From positions 1-64,000 of the forward strand of contig CBDFJG010000003.1 in the NCBI GenBank assembly GCA_965248445.1: DNA of 64,000 nt. The letters run 5' to 3'. Origin of the DNA: Planctomycetota bacterium (lineage in GTDB: Bacteria > Planctomycetota > JAJSAM01 > JAJVHW01). Below, one piece after another: positions 38,889 through 49,624 of this stretch. The notes under the pieces were generated by a model, which was given only the letters and a program-made list of their open reading frames with translations, made no database searches and was not told the origin of the DNA. Position 1 is the stretch's first letter; the number at the start of each line of letters is the position of its first letter. The translations under genes were made by a program, and so were the position numbers.

Positions 38889-40394
38889 CTACTTGCACGC
38901 TGGAGGGCGTTGGAGGCGCTTCGAGAGCTTGCGGATCTTCCGCTTCCGCAACTTTCCCTTGAGCGGGCGGTCGTCGCCGGTTTCGGTGCGCCAGCGCGCG
39001 AGTCGGTCACTCAACTGGTCACGGAGTGCGACATTGGCCTCGACCTCCAGCAAGTTCGTCAGCTCGTAGGGGTCGGCGTCGTGGTCGTAGAGCAGCCAAC
39101 CGCCGCGCCTCGTCTGGAAGTACGCGTGCTGCTTCGTGACCACGCCGCGCCATTCGGCGCCGAGCCCGTTGCGGCCCTTCCCGCTGTTCATCACGAACAC
39201 CGAGTCGGGCTCCTCGCCTCCCTCACCCCGCAGAAGGGGTGACAGGTCCACACCGTCCATGTCCGCTGGTCCTTCCACTCCGCACAGGCCGAGCACCGTC
39301 GGTGTGACATCGACCGTGGAGACCGGCACATCGAGCGGCGTTCCTCCCGGGACATCGCGTCCGAAACGTAGCAGCAACGGGACTTCCAGCGACTCGCGCC
39401 AGGGCTTCTGCTTCAGTTCGTGTCCGTGCGATCCGAGCATGTCCCCGTGGTCGGAGGTGAAGACCACGATCGTGTCCTCCGCCAGCCCCGCCGCGTCGAG
39501 CGCGTCGAGAAGGCGGCCCATCTGGTGGTCCAGACTGCTGACGAGCCCGTAGTACCGCGCAGTCGCCTTCCGCGTCCATCCGCGCAGCCGGTTCGGGACG
39601 TTGGGTCGCGGTTCGATCTGGCCCGGCGTGTACGTGTCCCACTCGGCGGGAGGGACGTAGGGGTCGTGGGGTGGTCCCCAGGCCATCACGAGGCAGAACG
39701 GCTGCTCGCGGTTGCGCTGGATGAAGTCGATCGCGAGGTCGGTCTCGACCTCCGGCGCATAGCGCTCCACTTCGATCGTCTCGGGCGTGTCCATGAAGTA
39801 CCGCGCGCGGCAGTACACGTGCCCCGTCTCCTTGGCGGCCCAGAAGTCGAAGCCCTGGCGAGAGTCGCCCAGCGGCACGAAGCCTCTGGCTTCGGGGCTG
39901 TTCTTACGGCCGCGGAACGACCGGGTCCCGCCATTGAGATGCCACTTGCCGATGAAACCGGTTGCGTATCCCTCGTCTCCGAGCACCTCGGCGATCGTGC
40001 GTGCCTCCGTAGGAAGCAGGTCGCCGTTGCGCTCGACCGTGGTGTTGTGAGGGAAGCGGCCGGTCAGCAGCGCCGCGCGGGAGGGCGTGCAGACGGGCTG
40101 CGTGCAGACCGAGCGGGTGAAGCGCACGCCCTCGTTGGCGAGTTCGTCGAGCCGCGGCGTGTGGACGACCGGATTGCCGGCGGAGCCGAGTGCCTGGGCG
40201 CGTAGCTGATCCGCGAAGACGATCACGACGTTCGGCCGGCACGTGACCGCCGCCTGCACGGGCGGAAACGGGCTGTCGAGGGCAGGCGCAACCAGCGCCG
40301 CCGCGCAGACGGCCATCCAGAACGCGGGGAGGAATCGCCGCCGCGCGGGCTTCGCCTCACGGGCCGCCTCTGTGTTTTCGAACTGTCCGGGCAA
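38889..40394 (-). CDS. Sulfatase (formylglycine-dependent), possible Tat signal
   Basis: PNVVIVFADQ, CTPSRAALLTG, GKWHL, PPHDP and TSDHG motifs; RRRFL near the N-terminus; start uncertain. Confidence 0.92.
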   Translation of the reverse strand: MPGQFENTEAAREAKPARRRFLPAFWMAVCAAALVAPALDSPFPPVQAAVTCRPNVVIVFADQLRAQALGSAGNPVVHTPRLDELANEGVRFTRSVCTQPVCTPSRAALLTGRFPHNTTVERNGDLLPTEARTIAEVLGDEGYATGFIGKWHLNGGTRSFRGRKNSPEARGFVPLGDSRQGFDFWAAKETGHVYCRARYFMDTPETIEVERYAPEVETDLAIDFIQRNREQPFCLVMAWGPPHDPYVPPAEWDTYTPGQIEPRPNVPNRLRGWTRKATARYYGLVSSLDHQMGRLLDALDAAGLAEDTIVVFTSDHGDMLGSHGHELKQKPWRESLEVPLLLRFGRDVPGGTPLDVPVSTVDVTPTVLGLCGVEGPADMDGVDLSPLLRGEGGEEPDSVFVMNSGKGRNGLGAEWRGVVTKQHAYFQTRRGGWLLYDHDADPYELTNLLEVEANVALRDQLSDRLARWRTETGDDRPLKGKLRKRKIRKLSKRLQRPPACK

Positions 40395-40587
40395 GGTCGG
40401 GCCTCTTGATCTTCGGGGCGGGACGCGAACTCCGCCGAACTCCGGTGGCGGCGCCGTCAGTTGGTCCGCACCGCTCCCTCTGTCTACTCTCGGGATGCTA
40501 CCCAATCGTGTTACAGCCCCTGGTGAAGAGCGCCGAGAACGCAACGGGGCCAGTTCGGTTCACGGCCGGCGAGGGCTCGATCGCTCG

Positions 40588-41631
40588 CTAGCTCCCGAGT
40601 GGGTGTGGTTCGTCGTCGGCGTCCCCCCGTCCACGCAACGCGCGCTGCATCTGCGGGAGTCTCCGGAGCGCACGTTGAATGCGCAATTCGAGCATCTTGT
40701 CGCGGGCGGGGTTGCCCCACATCTGCGCGCCGGGCGGGACGTCCTTCCAGGCGACGGAGGTTCCGCCCATCACGACATCTTCGCCGATCGTGAGGTTGTC
40801 CGAACAGCCCGAGCGGCCGGCAAAGATGGAACGATCCCCGATCGTGACCGACCCAGAGATCGACACCGTCGGGAACAGCAACACGTGCTCGCCGATCTGG
40901 CAATTGTGGGCGACGTGCACGAGGTCGCCGATCTTCGTGCCGCGGCCGATTCGCGTGGTCTCCAGCGTCGCGCGGTCGATGGTCGTGAGCGATCCGATCT
41001 CGACGTCGTCGCCGACCACGACGTGGCCCACCTGCGGGATCTTGTGGTGGCGGCCTCCGTGCTGCAGATAGCCGTAGCCGTCGCTACCGATCACGCTGCT
41101 GCTGTGAATGACCACCCGGTCACCGAGTGTCACGTCCTCGAGGACCACGACGTTCGGATGTAGGACGCAGTCCCGCCCGACCGTCGAGCGCTCGCCGACG
41201 TAGCTGTTTGCGTAGAGCACCGTTCCAGCGCCGATCTTCGCCTCTTCGCGGACGATCGCCCCGGCTCCGATGGTCACTCCGTCACCGAGTGTGGCGCTTT
41301 GATCGACCACCGCCTGCGGATGGACACCGGCTGGCTGACGGCGCTTCTCGAATGCGATTTTGTGTAGGAGCGCACCGAACGCGGCGTACGGATTCTCGAC
41401 GATCAACTGATTGGCAGAGAGTCCGTCCATGACGACCGGCACCAACAGAGCCCCCGCCCGGCTCGCGCGGGCTCGCTCGAAGAAGCGCTGGTCTTTGACA
41501 AAGGACAGCTGGTCCTTTCCGGCGCCTTCGAGCGACGCGACCGAACGGCACAGAAAGCTGCCCGCCCCGACGATCTCGCCATCTCCGATGAACGCACGTA
41601 TCTCCTCCAGAGTCATCGCGAGGTGCGACAT
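40588..41631 (-). CDS. lpxD: UDP-3-O-acyl-glucosamine N-acyltransferase
   Basis: NPYAAF, hexapeptide repeats, IGSDGYGY, KIPQVG, TTIDRAT, HVAHNC. Confidence 0.95.
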   Translation of the reverse strand: MSHLAMTLEEIRAFIGDGEIVGAGSFLCRSVASLEGAGKDQLSFVKDQRFFERARASRAGALLVPVVMDGLSANQLIVENPYAAFGALLHKIAFEKRRQPAGVHPQAVVDQSATLGDGVTIGAGAIVREEAKIGAGTVLYANSYVGERSTVGRDCVLHPNVVVLEDVTLGDRVVIHSSSVIGSDGYGYLQHGGRHHKIPQVGHVVVGDDVEIGSLTTIDRATLETTRIGRGTKIGDLVHVAHNCQIGEHVLLFPTVSISGSVTIGDRSIFAGRSGCSDNLTIGEDVVMGGTSVAWKDVPPGAQMWGNPARDKMLELRIQRALRRLPQMQRALRGRGDADDEPHPLGS

Positions 41632-41907
41632 GGCGATCTCCCGTCCGGCCGGGAGCATACCCGACTGAAGCGCGCGACGACGCCGGGCGCATCGTCGCGA
41701 CACATCGTGCGTTGGTACCGCGTTGGTACGGAGACCGGTGAGGATTCAATCCCGATCAATCGGTGCGCTTCGCTCCCAGATACCAGTTACCAGATCCGTT
41801 CACCAGGCGCCGCGGGGGCGCGGCAGCGGGAGCAGAACTCGGCGAAGAACGCGAGGTACTTGAAGGTGCCCACGATGCCGAGATTGACGACCAGGAGTTG
41901 AACAGCA

Positions 41908-43431
41908 TCAGGCCGTCTCGGACGGCCGGCGCTGGTCGTCACGCAGCGTGGTCCACGCGTTCCATGCCTCTCGCGTCGCCCCCGGTGCGAACAGGCGCGC
42001 GGCGACCAAGAACGCGACCGCGCCGATCGCGGCCTTCGCCGCGAGGGCGACGACGACGTGAGCTTGATCCAGCGAGAGGAGCGAGTCGGCGCCGGCGATC
42101 GCTCCGCACATGCACGCCGCCGCTGCGATCGGGCCGGCCACGGCCACCAACACCCGATCGATGCCGATCCCCACGGCACGTGCCGCGAACGCGGCGCGCG
42201 CTGGGAAGTCCACGAGGATCGTCGCGGCCGCGAAGCCCCACGCGGCGCCGAGCGGGCCGTACCATGCGGCCGGAAGTGCTCCGAGGAGCAGCGCGGTCGC
42301 TGAGATCGCACCCAAAGCCAGCCGCTCGCGGCCACGCCCGGTGGCGACGAGGACCCAGGCGAAGCTCTGGTTCACGAGGAGGAGCACGGCCGCTGGCGCG
42401 AGCACGCGGAGCACGGGCACGGCCGCGTCCCATTGATCACCGAGCGCGATGGCGACGACCTCATGCGTGGCGACGAACAGGAACGCCGCGAACGGCATGG
42501 AGACAAGCGCCACCACTCCGATCACGCGGAGGAAAGCGCGGTCGAGCCGCTCGCCGTCGTCGCTCACCCTCGCAAGTCCCGACACGACGACGTGCCGCAT
42601 GGGGGAGGCGATCGCGCCGGCGGACAGACGCGCCACGCCGAGGGACTTGGAGAACACCCCGAGCGCGGCCGCCCCGGCCCATCTCCCGAGCACGATGCGA
42701 TACGCGTTCGACGCTAGCGCGCTGAGCACGAGGTTCGTGGACAGGTAGCCGCTGAACGACGTCATGGCCCGCACGCCCGCGCCGCGCGTGACGGGGCCGG
42801 GCACCCAGCGCGTCGCGGTCCACACCAGGACGGCGAGCACTCCGGCCTCCGCCACGAATCGGCCGGCCAGCGAGAACACCCCCATGTGTGAGTAGGCCAT
42901 CGCGATGGCCGCAGCACCGCCCGCGATCACGGCGCCCAGGCGATAGGCCGACAGCTGGAGGAACTGCATTCGCCGCTGAAGGAGCGCCGCGTGCTGCGCG
43001 CCGAGTGCTCCGACGATCGGCCACGGCGCGCACGCCCTCGTTGTGTCGGCCAGGAGCGGATCCTCGAAGAACAGTGCGACGAGCGGTGCCACGGCGAAGA
43101 GGACCCCCGAGGCGAGGACTGACCCCGCAGTGTTCATCCAGAACATCGTCGAAATCTGTCCGTGCTCGAGGCCCTTGCGCTGCACGATCGCGCTCGGGAT
43201 CGCCACGGCGAGAGGCTGCTGCAGCACGCCGACCACGACCAGCGTCATCGCGAACGTCCCGAACTCCTCGGGCGTGAGCAGACGAGCGAGCCAAGCGGTC
43301 ATGCCGAACTGCACCAGGCGGTCCAGCACGCTGAAGGACGTCACCGCGGCACCGCCGCGCACGACCTGACCGCGAAGGCCCGTCTCGGCGGGCTCGAAGC
43401 CGTGCGGTCGCGTGTCTTTCCGTGCCGTCAC
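41908..43431 (-). CDS. wzx: Polysaccharide flippase (Wzx, PST family)
   Basis: LARLLTPEEFG, STMFW, LGDQW..AVP; many TM helices. Confidence 0.88.
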   Translation of the reverse strand: MTARKDTRPHGFEPAETGLRGQVVRGGAAVTSFSVLDRLVQFGMTAWLARLLTPEEFGTFAMTLVVVGVLQQPLAVAIPSAIVQRKGLEHGQISTMFWMNTAGSVLASGVLFAVAPLVALFFEDPLLADTTRACAPWPIVGALGAQHAALLQRRMQFLQLSAYRLGAVIAGGAAAIAMAYSHMGVFSLAGRFVAEAGVLAVLVWTATRWVPGPVTRGAGVRAMTSFSGYLSTNLVLSALASNAYRIVLGRWAGAAALGVFSKSLGVARLSAGAIASPMRHVVVSGLARVSDDGERLDRAFLRVIGVVALVSMPFAAFLFVATHEVVAIALGDQWDAAVPVLRVLAPAAVLLLVNQSFAWVLVATGRGRERLALGAISATALLLGALPAAWYGPLGAAWGFAAATILVDFPARAAFAARAVGIGIDRVLVAVAGPIAAAACMCGAIAGADSLLSLDQAHVVVALAAKAAIGAVAFLVAARLFAPGATREAWNAWTTLRDDQRRPSETA

Positions 43432-43514
43432 GCGAACCAGATCTCGACGACGCTGCGTGGGGAGGCGAGAAGTGACGGCGTGAACGGCAAGGGGCGCAGG
43501 GCGGGTACCGAGGG

Positions 43515-44399
43515 TTGAGGCGGCCGGACTTTTTCGTGATTGGGGCCCCGCGGTGCGGCACGACGTCGCTTAGCGAGTACCTCCGTGCCCACCGCGAGGT
43601 GTTCGTGTCCTCGCCGAAGGAGCCGAACCACTTCAACGACGACTACATCGGGTACCGCACCACCGACCGCGCCGACTATCTGCGGCTGTTCGAAGCCGCC
43701 GGTCCTCAGCATCGCGCCGTGGGGGAGGCGTCGCCGCGCTACCTGCACTCGACGACCGCCGTCTCGAACATCCTGGCGTTTGATCCCGATGCACGGCTCA
43801 TCGTGATGGTGCGCAGCCCGATCGAACTCGTCCCCTCGCTCCACGCGCTCGCCTTGCACGCTCACGGAGAGGACGTCGAGGACCTGGCCGAGGCGTGGCG
43901 ATTGCAGGGGCGAAGACGGGAAGGGCGCGACGTCCCGAGCGGGTGCCCGGACGTCAACTACCTGCTCTACGGAGACACCGCGCGACTCGGTGCGCAGGTG
44001 AGGCGCGTGCTCGACGTCGTGCCCCGAGATCAACTGCACGTCGTGGTGTTCGACGACTTCGTGCGTGACACAGCCGGCGCGTTCGCACGGGTCCTCGGCT
44101 TCCTCGGAGTGGCGCCGCAGCCGGGCCGGACGTTCGAGCGGCACAACGCGGGTCGAGACGTCCGCTCGCGTGCGCTCCTCGGGACACGTCGTGTCGCCGG
44201 AGCGATCAAGAGCGCGTTCGGCGTGAAGCGGAACTTCGGCCTCCTGCGTCATCTTCTCGCCCTCAACCTCCGCCAGACGCCGCGGGCCCCGCTCTCCGAT
44301 GCGCTCCGTCGCGAACTCGCGGAGGAGTTCCGGCAAGACGTCGAGCTGCTCTCGGATCTGCTGGCACGGGATCTGCGCCACTGGGTGGCCGGAGCATGA
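43515..44399 (+). CDS. Sulfotransferase
   Basis: PDFFVIGAPRCGTTSL (5'PSB), KEPNHF, GEASPRY, VRSP...S (3'PB). Confidence 0.92.
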   Translation: MRRPDFFVIGAPRCGTTSLSEYLRAHREVFVSSPKEPNHFNDDYIGYRTTDRADYLRLFEAAGPQHRAVGEASPRYLHSTTAVSNILAFDPDARLIVMVRSPIELVPSLHALALHAHGEDVEDLAEAWRLQGRRREGRDVPSGCPDVNYLLYGDTARLGAQVRRVLDVVPRDQLHVVVFDDFVRDTAGAFARVLGFLGVAPQPGRTFERHNAGRDVRSRALLGTRRVAGAIKSAFGVKRNFGLLRHLLALNLRQTPRAPLSDALRRELAEEFRQDVELLSDLLARDLRHWVAGA

Positions 44400-44616
44400 G
44401 GGCGTCGGCTTGCACGTCTCCTCCACGTTGGTCGATTCGGCCGGTCGACCTCCCCGCTTCGTGCGCGGCCCTCGATCCCGGAGCGTGCGCGAGGGTACCC
44501 GGCGACGATCGGCCCGCCCCACGACCGATCCGGTCGCTACCGATCGTGGGCGCCGATGACGCGGCGGACGACCAGACGATGGTCTGCAGAAGGTGTGGAG
44601 CAAGGGAGGAAGCACA

Positions 44617-46731
44617 ATGGTCGCCAAGGGTAGGAACGTGCGAAGGGTCAGAACGCTGGCCGGTGTGATGGTCGTGGCCGTCGGGGTGCTGGTCAACGCG
44701 GCAACCGTCAACGAGGATCAGAAGCTCACCGCGTCGGACGCCGCCGCGTTGGACCGTTTCGGGAACTCGTGCGCCATCGAAGGTGACACCGCCATCGTTG
44801 GAGCCGAACGCGAGAACGGCCGCCAGGGAGCGGCGTACGTGTTCGTGCGTGACCCCAACACCGGGGTCTGGTCCGAAGAGGACAAGCTCGTTGCCTCGGA
44901 CGGAGCCCCGAACGACGAGTTCGGCCACGCGGTGTCGATCTCCGGAAACTACGCCATCATCGGCGCTCCGAAGGACGGTGCCAGCACCACCGGCTCCGCG
45001 TACCTGTTCCGCCGCGTTTCCGGATCTTGGGCGCAGCAGGCGAGGATCGAAGCAGCCGACCAACAGACAGGCGACCGCTTCGGCTCATCGGTCTCTATCT
45101 ACGGCGGGACCGCTCTGATCGGAGCGCGTTTCGAGGATGGCGTTCTCGACGCGACACCGAACTCCGGTGCGGCGTGCCTCTTCTCGCGCACCGGCTCCTC
45201 GTGGACGCAGGACCAGAAGGTCACGGCTTCGGACGCCGCGACCGGCGATCTGTTCGGCGCGTCGGTCGCACTGCAGGGCCGTTTCGCGACGGTGGGTGCG
45301 GAGTTCGGCGGTGGCGGTACGGGCGCTGCATACGTGTACGCGCGGAGTCAGTTCGTGCTCGTGGAGGAGCAGAAGCTGACCGCCTCCGACGCTGCCGCCG
45401 GAGACAGTTTCGGGTTCTCGATGGCCACGGCAGGTGACACCGTCCTGATCGGGGCTCCCAACGCAGATATCGCTCTCGAGGCAAACGCCGGTGCGGCGTA
45501 CGTGTTCGTGCGCGACGACGCCATGGCCGTCGGTTCGAAGTGGTCGGAGCAGCAGAAGTTGACGCACTCGGACGGCGTCCTGAACGACGCGTTCGGTTTC
45601 TCGGTGGGTGTCTGGGACAACGTCGCGGTCGTCGGCGTCGACAAGGACGACGAGCCGGGCGCCTCGACGCAGGGCTCGGTCCGTGACTTCGAGCGCGACC
45701 CCTTCACCGGCGTCTGGACCGAGCGAGACAAACTGGAGGCCTCCGACATTGCCGCGGCGGATGCGCTCGGCATATCAGCCGGCGTCAACCAGGGCATCTG
45801 CATTGCCGGCGCGCACCGCGACGGCGACACGGGCGACGCCGACGAGGATTCCGGCTCCGCCTATATCTTCGAGGGCCTCGATCCCGCGCTCGTAGCCGGG
45901 CCCGCGGGCGCGAACGGGTTCATCCGTCCGCGTGTCGTCCGGGTCTCGTCGAGGCTCGTCGTCCACGCTGACCTCGACCTCGGCGACGACATGGTCGACT
46001 TCGCCCAGGCGAGCACGATCGAGTACGGCACGAAGACGCACGCGATCTCCGGCATGACCCAGAAGCGAAGGGGCCAGTGGAACTATCGCAGCGCGAACAG
46101 GAACATCAAGGTGCGAGTCCGCGAGTCGAGAAGGGACGACTCGAAGGCGCGCTTTACGATCAGCGTCCGCAGCTATTCGGACTCGCTGCCGAACGGTAAC
46201 GAGTTCCAGACCGGCTTCGAGCTGGGCACGTTCGACGTCGAGTCGCGCGTCGCCCTGACCGCCGGCAAGTACTCGAGGGCGGACGGCGAGGAGTTCGTGA
46301 CGCCGCTGACGCTCGTTCGCGCGATCGCCAAGATCACCGGCACGGGCAAGGACACGCTCTCGTTGCAGGCCGAATTCATGGGCGACAGCATCACCGTCCC
46401 GGGCGCCCCCCCCGTCGTCACGCTGCGTCTGGGTGACCCGACGGCCCCGCACGAGGTGCGTCTCTCGCAGGGTGTCCACACTGCCGGAAGCCGCTCGGAC
46501 GGCTGGGACTTCCGTCGCTGGGATCCAGGCGGAGGCCTTCGCGCCGAGGGCATCTGGTTCTGCCACATCAACTACGAGACGCGAATCATTCGTGTGTTCG
46601 CGCGCGATGTCGACCTGGGCCCGTTCGCGGGAGGCGCGGCGCAGCCCTTCCTGGTCAGCATTGGTTTCGGTGGCACCGAGAACGCGATCCAGGTGACCGC
46701 GTACAAGAGGGGTTCGAAGATCAGGTACTGA
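44617..46731 (+). CDS. Secreted FG-GAP repeat protein with unknown C-terminal domain
   Basis: About 7 KL.ASD...D.FG.SV.....GA....G.AY repeats; signal peptide. Confidence 0.88.
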   Translation: MVAKGRNVRRVRTLAGVMVVAVGVLVNAATVNEDQKLTASDAAALDRFGNSCAIEGDTAIVGAERENGRQGAAYVFVRDPNTGVWSEEDKLVASDGAPNDEFGHAVSISGNYAIIGAPKDGASTTGSAYLFRRVSGSWAQQARIEAADQQTGDRFGSSVSIYGGTALIGARFEDGVLDATPNSGAACLFSRTGSSWTQDQKVTASDAATGDLFGASVALQGRFATVGAEFGGGGTGAAYVYARSQFVLVEEQKLTASDAAAGDSFGFSMATAGDTVLIGAPNADIALEANAGAAYVFVRDDAMAVGSKWSEQQKLTHSDGVLNDAFGFSVGVWDNVAVVGVDKDDEPGASTQGSVRDFERDPFTGVWTERDKLEASDIAAADALGISAGVNQGICIAGAHRDGDTGDADEDSGSAYIFEGLDPALVAGPAGANGFIRPRVVRVSSRLVVHADLDLGDDMVDFAQASTIEYGTKTHAISGMTQKRRGQWNYRSANRNIKVRVRESRRDDSKARFTISVRSYSDSLPNGNEFQTGFELGTFDVESRVALTAGKYSRADGEEFVTPLTLVRAIAKITGTGKDTLSLQAEFMGDSITVPGAPPVVTLRLGDPTAPHEVRLSQGVHTAGSRSDGWDFRRWDPGGGLRAEGIWFCHINYETRIIRVFARDVDLGPFAGGAAQPFLVSIGFGGTENAIQVTAYKRGSKIRY

Positions 46732-46758
46732 CCTTCGGGGTCGTTCCAGGCGAGTCCA

Positions 46759-46790
46759 GCGCCCCCGTCGGCTCCGGCCGGCGGGGGCGC
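46759..46790 (+). terminator. GC-rich hairpin, terminator-like
   Basis: gcgcccccgtcggc-tccg-gccggcgggggcgc just after the stop codon; no U-tract. Confidence 0.45.
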
Positions 46791-46819
46791 GTCCCGTTCG
46801 AGGCGTGGTGGAACGGCCG

Positions 46820-48268
46820 ATGAGCAGACCCTCAGATGATTCCGGCCAGATGACCCCGGTGCGAACCCGCGCGTCCCTCGCCCTCGTGCTCGGCGCCGTG
46901 GCGTTCGCGACCGCGATGCTCGGGGGGGGCGAGATCTGGGCGGTGGCGGTCCTCGGCGGAGTGACGCTGCTCGCGTTCGTCCTGCGATTCGTGCCTCCCT
47001 CGCTTCCGACGTCCGTCCCGACGGAGTCGTTGTGGCGGCGTCCGGAGACGTACCTGTTCGGGCTGCTCGGGCTCGCTACCCTGCAGCTCGTCCCGCTCCC
47101 GCCGACAGTGCTCGGGATCGTCTCCCCGGCCGCGCGTGCGTGGCGCGAGTCCGCGTTGCCTTCGGGCGAGACGCTCGGCTGGGCGCCCCTGTCGCTCGCG
47201 CCGTTTGCGACGCACGTCGAGCTCTATCGGCTCGCCACGCTGACGCTCGTGTTCGTGCTGCTCGCGAGGGGAACGACTCGGACGCACGAGGCGATCTGGT
47301 TCTTCCGGGGCGTCGTCACGATCGGCGGGCTGGTCGCGGTTCTCACGTTGGTCGAGCACGTCGGGGGCGTCGCGATCTTCGACTACCTGCCGCGTGAGAT
47401 CCGCTACCGGGATCGGGCGGCGGGACCGTTCGTCAACCCGAACCACCTCGCGGGTCTGCTGGCGGTGACCGCGCTGACCGGCGTCGGGCTGTTCCTCGCC
47501 CTCACGGAGGATCCCCGCCGCTCCGTAGGACGGACCCTGCGAGAGACGGCGGCACAGAGCGCCGCGGTCGCGCTGTCGCGGCCGGCAGCCCTCGGCGTGC
47601 TCCTTGCCGTCGGCGCCATGGTGGCGACGCTCTTTCTCACCGCCTCGCGCCTGGGGGTACTCGCGTTCCTGGTCGGGCTTGCGATCGCCGGGATCCTTCT
47701 GGCCCGCGGCCGTCGTGCCCGTGGGCCCCTCGTCCTGCTCGGAGCCGCGGTCGTCGTCACGGTGGGTTTGAGCGCGGTCCTGGCCGCGGACCCGGTCCTC
47801 GGGCGCATCGCCGTCGCCCTCGAGGGCGCGTCGCTCGGTGGGAATCGGCCCGCGGCGATCGTGGCGGCGCTCCGCCTGGGCCTCGACTTCCCCCTCTTCG
47901 GCGCCGGCCTGGGGACGTTCGAGCACGTCTTCCCGGCCTACCAGCCCATCGGCCTCCCGGGCTCGTGGCAACACGCCCACAACGACCTGGCGCAGGCGTT
48001 CGCCGGTGGAGGTCTCGTCGCCGTGGCACTCGGGGTATCATTCACCCTGTCGTGGGCCGTCCGCGTGGTGCGCGCCAGCCGCAGTGGGTCGTTGCGGCGA
48101 CGCGGAGTGATGATCGGCGCAACGTCTGCGGGGTTGGCGGTGCTGGTTCACGGCACCGGCGACTTCAACCTGCACGTTCCGGGGAACGCGTACCTCGTGA
48201 TGGCGGTCCTGGGCGCGGGTCTCGGTGCTGCGCGCCGCGGCGTTTCGCCCGGCTCGGAGGAACGATGA
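46820..48268 (+). CDS. O-antigen ligase/Wzy-like polymerase
   Basis: GPFVNPNH, TASR.G, FGAGLGTF and HAHND motifs. Confidence 0.88.
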   Translation: MSRPSDDSGQMTPVRTRASLALVLGAVAFATAMLGGGEIWAVAVLGGVTLLAFVLRFVPPSLPTSVPTESLWRRPETYLFGLLGLATLQLVPLPPTVLGIVSPAARAWRESALPSGETLGWAPLSLAPFATHVELYRLATLTLVFVLLARGTTRTHEAIWFFRGVVTIGGLVAVLTLVEHVGGVAIFDYLPREIRYRDRAAGPFVNPNHLAGLLAVTALTGVGLFLALTEDPRRSVGRTLRETAAQSAAVALSRPAALGVLLAVGAMVATLFLTASRLGVLAFLVGLAIAGILLARGRRARGPLVLLGAAVVVTVGLSAVLAADPVLGRIAVALEGASLGGNRPAAIVAALRLGLDFPLFGAGLGTFEHVFPAYQPIGLPGSWQHAHNDLAQAFAGGGLVAVALGVSFTLSWAVRVVRASRSGSLRRRGVMIGATSAGLAVLVHGTGDFNLHVPGNAYLVMAVLGAGLGAARRGVSPGSEER

Positions 48269-48278
48269 AGGGGGAGTG

Positions 48279-49624
48279 GTGACGATCGGTCGCACGGTCC
48301 TCTGGATCGCACTGGGGCTGGCGTTCGCCGGCGAGGGGGCCACGTTGTTCGCGCAGGACCTCGCCGTACGGCCTGTGTTGCAGGCAGCGCGCGGCGCGTC
48401 CTGCTCGACGGGTGACGTCGCCCGGGCTCGGCTCGAGACGGCTCTGGCGTGGCGCGGCGACCGGCCCGACGTCCTGCTTGCCCTCGCGGAGAGCCTGTCT
48501 GCCGACGGAGCGGACGCGGGGTCGAGCGCGCGCGCGCAGGACCTCCTGCGCTCGGCCGCACGCTCACGTCCGACGTGGGCGGCCCCGCAGCTCCTCCTCG
48601 GGCGCGCAGCGCTCTCTGCCGGACGGGTCCCTGATGCGCAACGGCAGTTCGAACAGGTCGTCCGGCGTGCCGGGAGCCACACCGCACTCGTCGAGCGCGT
48701 CGGGGACTTGTTGCTCGCGCTGTGGACGGAGTCTGCGGATCCCGAGGTGCTGCGCGACGCCGTGGAGGCGTACCGCAACGTCGCGGAGCGCGACCTCCGT
48801 CGCCTCGACGAGATCCTCACGCGTCTCGCTCCCGAGCTCACCGACCCGGCGGACCTCGCGCGAGTCGCGCCGGCCTCCCCGCGCAGTCAGGTGGTGCTCG
48901 CCGAGCACTTCCTCGCCGCCGGCCGCCCGGTGGATGCGCTCGCCGCGCTCGATGCGGTGCCCTTGGACGCGTCGCAGGGCGCGCCGCGCCGGCACGCCCG
49001 CGCTCGGCGTGTCACGGCGCTGTCGCTGCTCGCCTCCGGTCGCGCCGCGGACGCGCTCGCGACGCTCGCCGATCTCGCGCGCACCGCGCCGGATCCCTCC
49101 GGCTACGTCGGCCGGCTCGAGCTCGACCTCCGTGACCGCAAGGCAGCGGAGCGCGCCGAGTTCTTCGCGGACCTTCGCGACATCGGCGCAGCGGCGCGGC
49201 TCGCGGAGGCGCGGGCGCGGATCGACTCCGGAGAGCGCGAGACGGCGCGCGGCCTACTCGACGAGATCCTCGCCGGCTACGACGACATCTCGCTGCCGAT
49301 CCGACGGATCACGGACGTCGAGATCCAGCTCGCTGCCCACGACCTGCGTGCGAGGGAGTGGCGTCGGCTCGCCGCTCCCGCGCGGGCGGCCGCAGACGCA
49401 GCCGCAGCGGCGCGGCTCCGACCGACGGTGGGGCGGTGGCGATCCGTAGGGCGGCTTCGTGCCGCCGCGGGTGACGAGAGCGGGACGCGCGCCGCCTACG
49501 CACGTGCGCTGGACGCTGCGCGGGCGGGGGGCAGCAGTACAGAGGAGCGGACTGCCATCAAGAACGAGCGCGCCGAGTCCCTTGCGCGCGCACGGAGGAG
49601 AGCCCGTCGGCTGGCTGCCTGTGA
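48279..49624 (+). CDS. TPR-repeat protein (3' end uncertain, probable frameshift near 49585)
   Basis: Ala/Arg-rich helical TPR-like repeats; the ORF otherwise runs ~650 bp into the next gene. Confidence 0.55.

Noticed and set aside
41787..41905. MBOAT/AlgI-like peptide (NLGIVGTFKY..FF)
   Set aside because: Only ~30 codons with no start; at most a tiny remnant.
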